Shown in pieces: positions 57,230 through 64,000 of a DNA stretch of 64,000 bases. Under the pieces are notes generated by a model. It searched no databases and was not told where the DNA came from. It saw only the letters and a program-made list of their open reading frames with translations. The position numbers and the translations under genes were made by a program. Source of the stretch: a virus. Taxonomy: Duplodnaviria; Caudoviricetes. The first letter of the stretch is position 1. The number at the start of each line of letters is the position of its first letter. The DNA lies in IMG/VR virus record IMGVR_UViG_3300017766_003924, positions 20,478 to 84,477 of that record; one strand, 5' to 3'.

Positions 57230-58039
57230 ATGCAGAGTGCACGGAAAGTTGGTAACTTTAAAAAGTTCATGGCAAATAGCGGGTTAATTAAACCCACCAC
57301 GCCTCCTCCCTTAGGGCCCGATGATGCTGTCGTACCTCTTTTTGAAAAGATTAACAGTATTATCACTTCTGCAATTACCGAACAAACAGAACCTAAAGAG
57401 GAATCAATTCCAGTTAAACAAGAGGAAACTTTACCTAAAGAAGAACCGATTACACCAAAGCAGGATGTACCTCAACCAAAAAGTGAACCAAAGATTATAA
57501 GTCCTTCTGAGAAAGTAAAAGAATATTTACCTAAAGAAGAGCCGATTGCTAATACTTCAACAGCTCTTACTGTAGATTCCAAAGCTATATACAATGAAAT
57601 TCAAAAATATGTTGAGTTGAGGATGAAGAATATTGAAAACATGTATAAGAAGATCCCTGAGCCGGGTGGTGGTAGTGTTGCAAAACAATATGCTGCTGGG
57701 GGAACTATGGATGGTAATTTAATTGTTGAGGGAACCTTTAGAAGCTCACAAGGTACTATTAACCCAGTAACTGTTGTTACATCAGATACAACTATTACTA
57801 ATACATCATATACAATTCTTGCTTCTGCAACTACCACTAATATCGCTCTTACTCTCCCCTCCCCTGTCGATAACTACGGAAGACTCTTTAATTTTAAAAA
57901 GATTGATAGCTCTATTTACAATATTGTTCTTTCTGGTAGTAACGGAGACCTTATTGATGGAGAAGAATCAATATCTATTACCACACAGTATGAGACCATC
58001 ACTCTTCATAGTGATGGGAGCGGTTGGTGGATCATTTAA
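57230..58039 (+). CDS. virion-associated protein with Pro/Glu/Lys repeats and a tail-fibre-like C-terminal module
   Basis: PKEE repeats, GGGSVAKQYAAGG, LTLPSP..GR.FNFKKID...W.II. Confidence 0.6.
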   Translation: MQSARKVGNFKKFMANSGLIKPTTPPPLGPDDAVVPLFEKINSIITSAITEQTEPKEESIPVKQEETLPKEEPITPKQDVPQPKSEPKIISPSEKVKEYLPKEEPIANTSTALTVDSKAIYNEIQKYVELRMKNIENMYKKIPEPGGGSVAKQYAAGGTMDGNLIVEGTFRSSQGTINPVTVVTSDTTITNTSYTILASATTTNIALTLPSPVDNYGRLFNFKKIDSSIYNIVLSGSNGDLIDGEESISITTQYETITLHSDGSGWWII

Positions 58040-58050
58040 TAAATATACAT

Positions 58051-60027
58051 ATGTCATATAATCCACATATTAATGGAAAAGAATTATTACAAAATAACTT
58101 TACGACTCCATTAACAGCTGGTCAAACCGCAACAGGTATTGGTCAAGATGTATCAAAATACCCATGTGTAACGGTTTCTTGTAAGACTGATACAGATTGT
58201 TTTCTCTATTTAGATTTTTCACCAGACAACACTAATTGGGATAGTACTCTCTCCTTTTCAGTATCTGCAAATATAAACGAGGTTCACAGAGTGACCGTTA
58301 CTCGTGCTTATTGCCGAGTACGAATATACAATCATACTTTAGTCAATCAAACATATCTTAGATCACAGACCCTTATCGGTGGACAGCCCCACCTTACAAG
58401 TTCACTAGGTGCTACTGTTCAACGAGATGCAGACTCGATCGTGTCTCGTTCAGTTATTATGGGTCAGACTGATAGCGGTGAATTTAGATTTACTCCAGTA
58501 ACACCTGAAGGTCACCTTGAGGTTGCTATACATGGGCCACGACTTCCGTTTGGAAGCATTCATACAGAGAACCTTTTACCTATTTTTCAGACAGATGCAG
58601 TTTATGGAATCAACGCACATTCATCAATTGCTACTACTGGACTTTCTTATGATCCCGGTCCTGCTATTGGAAGTAATTCAGCAACCGTTACTGGATCGAA
58701 CAACGTATTCAAATGTTCAACCGGGACAACAGCATACAGCTTTGGTACCCTTCAAAGTCGTAGAAGATTAAGATATCGACCAGGTCAAGGTGTTGTAGGT
58801 AGATTTGCAGGATTATTCAGCTCTCCTGTTACTGGTTCAATTGTAGTGGCAGGTTTTGGTACCGGTGAATCAGGATTCTACTTTGGATACAATGGAACAA
58901 GCTTCGGTATACTTCACAGTACAGGTGGTGTACGTGAGATTCAGACATTTACGGTCACTAACCGCACAACAACTGGAGGAACTACAACATTCCGCTTAAA
59001 CGGTTTCGATACTCAAGTGACTTTATCTGCCGCTGCTGATGTTACCGCAACCGCTTCTGATATTGCAACTAAAACATTCCCTGGTTGGTCTGTTGAGGCA
59101 CGTGGATCAACTGTAATATTTGTTGCAAATAGTGTAGGTAATAAAGCAGGATCATTTTCAATTACTCTTGGAACTGCAATCGGGACTGCAGGTACGTTTG
59201 CTGAGACATTAGCAGGGCTCGCATCAACTGACACATGGATACCACAAACAAGCTGGAATGGTGATACAATGGATGGTACCGGACCATCAGGTGTTGTAGC
59301 AAACTGGCAAAAAGGTAACGTATTTCAAATAGGTGTTCAGTATCTTGGTTTCGGCGCTATTACCTTCTTTATAGAAACTGTTCCCGAAAACGGTAACAAT
59401 GCTGAGTTCGTTAATGTTCATACTATTGGGGTACCTAACTCAAGAACGACAACTACAGTTTCTCAACCCTCTTTCCCATTTACGATGGCAGCATATTCAG
59501 CAGGCAGTACAACTGATGTGAGTGTTTCTGTAGGCTCATACGCAGGATTCATCGAAGGGCAGAAGAGGCTTACTGGACCAAGAATGTCCTATTTTAACAC
59601 AGCGGGTGTAACTTCAAGTACAAGTTCATATGTCCCTATTTTCACATTCCGCAATGACCTCGTTTTTGCAGGCCGCGTAAATCAGGCTGTTATTAATTTA
59701 TTATCAGTTGGTGGTGCATCTAAGAGTACCAACGGTATTACAACATTCTATGTTATTAAGAATGCATCATTAACTACCGGTACACCAACATGGACTCCCT
59801 TCTCACCAAGTTCCTGTACTTATATTGATACAACAGCAACAGCATGTACATTTACTAACAATGAGCAGGTAGTATGGGCGGGAACTACTACCGGTGACGG
59901 TCAATTCGGCTTTACGTTTGAAGATGACTTTACAATTCAACCTGGTGAAACGTTGACATTAGCCGTGAGATCTGTAGCAGGTACCGCAACATGCATTGGT
60001 CAGATTAATACTCGTGAGGATCAGTAA
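58051..60027 (+). CDS. large Thr/Gly-rich beta-structured virion protein
   Basis: ORF track starts at 58024, but ATG 58051 lies 5 nt after TAAATA and avoids overlap; located between sheath and tube genes. Confidence 0.65.
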   Translation: MSYNPHINGKELLQNNFTTPLTAGQTATGIGQDVSKYPCVTVSCKTDTDCFLYLDFSPDNTNWDSTLSFSVSANINEVHRVTVTRAYCRVRIYNHTLVNQTYLRSQTLIGGQPHLTSSLGATVQRDADSIVSRSVIMGQTDSGEFRFTPVTPEGHLEVAIHGPRLPFGSIHTENLLPIFQTDAVYGINAHSSIATTGLSYDPGPAIGSNSATVTGSNNVFKCSTGTTAYSFGTLQSRRRLRYRPGQGVVGRFAGLFSSPVTGSIVVAGFGTGESGFYFGYNGTSFGILHSTGGVREIQTFTVTNRTTTGGTTTFRLNGFDTQVTLSAAADVTATASDIATKTFPGWSVEARGSTVIFVANSVGNKAGSFSITLGTAIGTAGTFAETLAGLASTDTWIPQTSWNGDTMDGTGPSGVVANWQKGNVFQIGVQYLGFGAITFFIETVPENGNNAEFVNVHTIGVPNSRTTTTVSQPSFPFTMAAYSAGSTTDVSVSVGSYAGFIEGQKRLTGPRMSYFNTAGVTSSTSSYVPIFTFRNDLVFAGRVNQAVINLLSVGGASKSTNGITTFYVIKNASLTTGTPTWTPFSPSSCTYIDTTATACTFTNNEQVVWAGTTTGDGQFGFTFEDDFTIQPGETLTLAVRSVAGTATCIGQINTREDQ

Positions 60028-60179
60028 TATTACACTGTAATTAGAGTATTTTCTATAATCTCTTATAGGACAACATGATAGTTATCGGGTTTGCATATAA
60101 TATGAACAGATTCACACAAATAAAATATAAGCTCCAAGAAATCAAATCAATTTTATTTACAGATTAAATAATTATACTT

Positions 60180-60725
60180 ATGTCAGATGTAAAGCAAACA
60201 ATACAAGACTTTTATAGAGTAGCACAAGGACGTGACTTTACTCGCGACTTTCAATTAAGAGTTCTTGATATAACAGATAGAGGAGTATCTGTTCTTACAC
60301 AGGATGATTTAGTTTATGCAAATGTTGCAAATCTTCCTGAGAGAGCAGTCACCGCTGTAGCAGTCCCTTATATGGGTCTCCAGTTTAATGTACCAGGAGC
60401 TGCAACTTACCCAGGATCTGCAGCATATCCTATTACATTCTATGCTGACGGTGAACATATTATCCGTTCTGTGTTTGAGCGTTGGAGTCAATTAGTTTTT
60501 GATGACGCAACCAGCACTGGTGATTACAGACTCTTCGATACTTCCCGCATTACGCTCGTCCAGCTCAATCAGCAAATGAATGTTACCCGTGAATACGTCC
60601 TCCATGGCGTATTTCCAGTCTCTGTGGGAGCTCTCCAGTATGATATGAAAGGCAATGGTCAAGTAGTAAGCTTTACCGCTACCTTAGCATATCAATTCTG
60701 GCGTCGTAGACTCTTACAGCGATAA
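60180..60725 (+). CDS. 19: tail tube protein (gp19)
   Basis: FTRDFQLRV, VPYMG...VPG..Y, W..L, Y...GVFP.SVG.LQY, F..TLAYQFW. Confidence 0.88.
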   Translation: MSDVKQTIQDFYRVAQGRDFTRDFQLRVLDITDRGVSVLTQDDLVYANVANLPERAVTAVAVPYMGLQFNVPGAATYPGSAAYPITFYADGEHIIRSVFERWSQLVFDDATSTGDYRLFDTSRITLVQLNQQMNVTREYVLHGVFPVSVGALQYDMKGNGQVVSFTATLAYQFWRRRLLQR

Positions 60726-60734
60726 ATAATATAG

Positions 60735-61673
60735 ATGGCAACAGGCCCTATAAAACTTGACAACATAACAGCGCCCGTCGACCAAAGCCGCGACAGCGCT
60801 GTTGTTTTTTCTAATCTTACCGTTGATGGTCTCTTTCCTACTCGAGAAGTTTTCATGAACTTCCTTAGTGAGTGGGAAACTTCTATATCAACTCAATTCT
60901 TATGGACTGTTACCTTCCAGGTACCTCCTATTGTTTCAGATGAAGCAATGAAGACTTGGGGTGAGTTATGGACTGATCAATCTTGGAATGTAAATAGTAT
61001 CCGCAATACCCTACATACTCGATCATTAACAGAGAGTTATGGATGCTTATTCGCTCAATCCGTAATTCTTCCTGGTGAGAATATGGATTATGGAAATATT
61101 TCACCTGGTAATAGAAGTTTTCAACATATTCCTTTCCTTAGAGCACGAAATCAACCAGAAGTTCTCACATTGCGCTTCCAGGAGACCAATGCATCATTTA
61201 CTGACTTCCTTTTAAGACCATGGGCCATTCTTGCAGGTCATTATGGCTTGACTGCTCGTTCATTAGCAGAAAATATAAAGGCAGATGTAATAGTTACCCT
61301 CTATGCTAAAGCAGGTGGGCGTATTATAGAGACAAGTAACGGTCAGGATGTGAATATTAACAGCTTTGTACCGAGAAAGGTATGGATGTTTCATGATTGT
61401 GTACCTGTTTCAATAGGTAACACTGATTATACCTACGATACTACCGCATCTCCTGAACTTATTAACACAGTTTGGGTATATTCTCGCTATCAAGTACACT
61501 TTCCTGAAGTATCTCTCAAGCAAGTTGAAGAAAATAATAAGTTTAACAGCTTTCAGCTACCAATTCCGACCAAATATACACCTAGCAATCCAAGCGAGCG
61601 GTATGATACTATGCGTACGGGCACTATTAAAGAAAATGATAGAGTGCGCCCACGTAAAGCATCTATATTCTAA
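60735..61673 (+). CDS. tube-fold baseplate protein (gp54/gp48-like)
   Basis: AQSVILPGE, LTLRFQET, RPW, WMFHDCVPVSIG, TVW.YS tube-like pattern. Confidence 0.6.
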   Translation: MATGPIKLDNITAPVDQSRDSAVVFSNLTVDGLFPTREVFMNFLSEWETSISTQFLWTVTFQVPPIVSDEAMKTWGELWTDQSWNVNSIRNTLHTRSLTESYGCLFAQSVILPGENMDYGNISPGNRSFQHIPFLRARNQPEVLTLRFQETNASFTDFLLRPWAILAGHYGLTARSLAENIKADVIVTLYAKAGGRIIETSNGQDVNINSFVPRKVWMFHDCVPVSIGNTDYTYDTTASPELINTVWVYSRYQVHFPEVSLKQVEENNKFNSFQLPIPTKYTPSNPSERYDTMRTGTIKENDRVRPRKASIF

Positions 61674-62410
61674 TGAGATCAATAGCGTCGTATAAGATTT
61701 TTAACATAAGTAGTCAATGCGAAGAGGAGTTTTTAATAACTCCCATAACTTATTATGACTATAAAGCACTTGTTAAGACTCTTTTGTCAGGAAGTACTCA
61801 TGCTTGTGCAATTTTCTATAGAGATCTCCTTCAAAAGTACGTTTTAGATCGAAATATTGATGAAATTCACCCATTTACCCAGATTGGACTACTATTATCA
61901 TTACGAGACATCAGTATTTCAACAGAAACAACGTTTTTAGTCAATTCTAAGGAGTTTAAGTACAATACTTCTGAGTTAATCATAGGATTAAACCACATTT
62001 TACATGAAATTTCACTGTATTACACTAAAAACCCCAAAGAACTCAGTAATTCCACACTAAATCTAAGAGATATCCTTGATTCTGGTAACATTTCCACGTA
62101 TTCTGTGAGTAATTTCAAGAAACGTACGGGAATTCTTCAAATAGTCAGCACTATCCCCTTAATTACCATAGAAGATCAGGATATTTTCATTGATTTATTC
62201 AATATTTCTGAGTTTTTAACACAAATGTTGAGTACTTCCCCTATTGATTTCTATGAAACAGAGGTAGAACTACTCAAAAAGTTCAAATACACTATACCTC
62301 CTGATATTTCTGTGTTAGATTTGAACATTTTTATCAAGCTTTTACAAAAAACCACCGAAAAACAATCATCTACGGATGTTTCTATACCAAGCCCTTATGA
62401 ATCTCTCTAA
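61673..62410 (+). CDS. hypothetical protein, possibly baseplate hub assembly
   Basis: 245 aa; LLLSLRDISI resembles gp26-type proteins; position. Confidence 0.4.
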   Translation: MRSIASYKIFNISSQCEEEFLITPITYYDYKALVKTLLSGSTHACAIFYRDLLQKYVLDRNIDEIHPFTQIGLLLSLRDISISTETTFLVNSKEFKYNTSELIIGLNHILHEISLYYTKNPKELSNSTLNLRDILDSGNISTYSVSNFKKRTGILQIVSTIPLITIEDQDIFIDLFNISEFLTQMLSTSPIDFYETEVELLKKFKYTIPPDISVLDLNIFIKLLQKTTEKQSSTDVSIPSPYESL

Positions 62411-63131
62411 TACCTTTAATAATAACAGCTTTTACGTACCTTCTATAGGAGAATATGTCAATTTTCGTGAAATGTCTGTACAACAACTCAATAAACTCGA
62501 TAATTTGAAGGAAAATTACAGTTTATCCACTACATTCTACGACTTTAACAAGATATGTGATGAAATTATTGTAGAATGCTCACAGAATACCCTTAGATGG
62601 TACTCGAGCCTTGAGAGATTCTATCTTTTACTATGTATTAAATCACTTTCTCATGAAACAATAGATGTATATGATGGAAATAAGTTTATTACGTTCAATT
62701 TACCGAAATATATAGAGAGTATCGATGTTAAATCGGTGAAACTCCAGTCTGATAACATCAAGGTCGATAAAAGAGGTATAGTTGCGTATGTTAATGCACC
62801 ATCTCCTCAAGATGATATAGCAATTAATACAACTTTCTATCTAGAATGTGTTTCTGGTAAAGAAACAACCGATAACATATCAGAAATTGACTATACTACT
62901 TGGGATACTCTCAAATATATCAAAGAGTTAACTATAAATGGGCAATCTTTTATGAGTCTATCTCATATTCAGAAGATTGATGTATATAAATCCCTTCCTT
63001 ACTCTGTTGCTTTGGAGATTGATAAGGCTCGCCAGCAGTTCTTACAACAAGCAAGCTTACTCACGATCGGTATTCATAATAACACAAAGTTTGAACTGGT
63101 GCCGGATCTTGCCTTTATGACCTCTATATAA
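62376..63131 (+). CDS. hypothetical protein, possibly gp26-like baseplate hub assembly protein
   Basis: VPSIGE.V.FREMSV, ERFYLLL.IKS.S; likely start 62396 (MNLS). Confidence 0.45.
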   Translation: MFLYQALMNLSNTFNNNSFYVPSIGEYVNFREMSVQQLNKLDNLKENYSLSTTFYDFNKICDEIIVECSQNTLRWYSSLERFYLLLCIKSLSHETIDVYDGNKFITFNLPKYIESIDVKSVKLQSDNIKVDKRGIVAYVNAPSPQDDIAINTTFYLECVSGKETTDNISEIDYTTWDTLKYIKELTINGQSFMSLSHIQKIDVYKSLPYSVALEIDKARQQFLQQASLLTIGIHNNTKFELVPDLAFMTSI

Positions 63132-63134
63132 ATA
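63127..63134 (+). promoter_or_regulatory. T4-type late promoter TATAAATA, 7 nt before ATG 63142
   Basis: Exact consensus; same 21-bp context as the sheath promoter. Confidence 0.8.
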
Positions 63135-63141
63135 TTAGTAT

Positions 63142-64000
63142 ATGGAAGACCAAAATACAGGTCAAACACAGCAAGCGCAGGCAGGTCCACAGTCTGATCC
63201 AGTATATCTCTATGAAAATCTAAAGAAATTCTTAGAGAGTATTGACAGATCTGTTAATACCTTGTCAAAATCTGTAGATCATCTTAATACTAACATTGAA
63301 AAAGATGTAAACATTAAGGGCGGTAAAAAGGTTCATGAAAAGATTGACTTATATTCTGTTTCTGCTGAAGAAAGATTTCCAGATCTCACATATCGTCAAC
63401 GTTTAACTGCAATTAAAGATGAAAGAGCAAAACTTGAAAAGGAATATGGCGATATTCAGAAGTCAGTCATGTCATCTGTTAATGGCGCAAAGGGTATTTC
63501 TATAAAGCAACGTGAAGCTGCTAAAAAGTTAATAGAGTTAACCCTCGATGAAGTAGAAGTTCTTCAAGAATTGGATGCACCTATTAAGCAAATTGAAAAG
63601 GCTCTCAAACCTCAACGCAAGTTTCTTAAAGCTGCTATCGATAAAGGTATATTGGATGATTTAGAGTCAAAGCAGATGCGTAAAGATGTTAAAGAGACCA
63701 TGAAAAACTATGGAACATCTATTCCTGAACCCTTTATCAAATTTTTTAACGATATTAAAGAGCAAGCATCGAGTCAATATGGATTAGGTGGCAGTTTAAT
63801 ATCAGGTGCATTTGGTAAAGCGGGTAGATTCATCAAAGGTGATCCAATTGTAGGAGAGGCTCTTGATAAAGCTGATGATACAAAAAAGAAATCAGTTAAA
63901 TCAAAGAAAAGTAAAACTGTTTTACCTAAAGTAGGCACATCTCAAAAGGATAAACAGAAGATTGTACCAGAAGCAACGCTAGTTAAGATAGTTAACACGA
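63142..64000 (+). CDS. 5' part of a large helical, Lys/Glu-rich protein (tape-measure/hub-like), truncated by window end
   Basis: Manual translation of the start (MEDQNTGQTQQAQ...); apparently open to the window edge; follows baseplate genes. Confidence 0.55.
   Translation, partial: MEDQNTGQTQQAQAGPQSDPVYLYENLKKFLESIDRSVNTLSKSVDHLNTNIEKDVNIKGGKKVHEKIDLYSVSAEERFPDLTYRQRLTAIKDERAKLEKEYGDIQKSVMSSVNGAKGISIKQREAAKKLIELTLDEVEVLQELDAPIKQIEKALKPQRKFLKAAIDKGILDDLESKQMRKDVKETMKNYGTSIPEPFIKFFNDIKEQASSQYGLGGSLISGAFGKAGRFIKGDPIVGEALDKADDTKKKSVKSKKSKTVLPKVGTSQKDKQKIVPEATLVKIVNT

Noticed and set aside
358-59234. Short antisense or alternate-frame ORFs in the track (e.g. 358-558, 6034-6390, 17665-17934, 19068-19409, 41172-41869, 55456-55737, 57774-58061)
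   Set aside because: They lie wholly within well-supported genes, have no motifs, and are as expected by chance.
60028-60179. Possible small ORF or RNA between the 58051 gene and the tail tube
   Set aside because: Only an approximately 21-codon ORF and no stable stem found; it is AT-rich spacer ending in the tube promoter.
1-64000. CRISPR array, tRNA or rRNA genes
   Set aside because: Intergenic gaps are short; I saw no spaced direct repeats or cloverleaf/T-loop (GTTCRA) structures by eye. tRNAscan was not run.
1-64000. Stop-codon reassignment (alternative genetic code)
   Set aside because: Core genes (43, 46, 41, 20, 18) are full length in the standard code, and TAG/TGA stops coincide with next-gene starts.

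Overview
This is an AT-rich (roughly one-third GC by eye), gene-dense 64 kb segment of a large T4-like myovirus genome in the standard genetic code. Positions 1-20.9 kb (minus strand) hold the replication, recombination and late-transcription core: rnh, 45, 32, DHH, 41, uvsX, 43, 46, 47, 55, uvsW, uvsY. A glycosyltransferase-Gat-guaC-queC cassette is inserted between helicase and uvsX, and another glycosyltransferase lies between 43 and 46. Positions 21-50 kb (mostly plus strand) are accessory. They include the rest of a complete preQ0 (7-deazaguanine) pathway (folE, queE, queD) with unusual neighbours (DUF366, a PQ-loop transporter, a P-loop NMP-kinase-like protein), a P-loop kinase/CCA-nucleotidyltransferase/HD fusion with other RNA-repair-like genes, and an approximately 11 kb glycosylation island. 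Positions 50.9-64 kb hold virion genes: 15, portal 20, sheath 18, tube 19 and baseplate-like genes. I recognised no dpdA/tgt/queF, tRNA, CRISPR array, intron or intein in the window. The most interesting signals are: (1) a possibly non-canonical 7-deazaguanine DNA-modification system with DUF366, a stand-alone Gat, GuaC and linked glycosyltransferases; (2) a tri-domain tRNA end-healing enzyme; (3) promoter-like hexamers 5-9 nt before many start codons with no Shine-Dalgarno, suggesting leaderless mRNAs; (4) a perfect 24-bp inverted repeat after the sheath gene. All family calls come from motifs recognised by eye, not from database searches.
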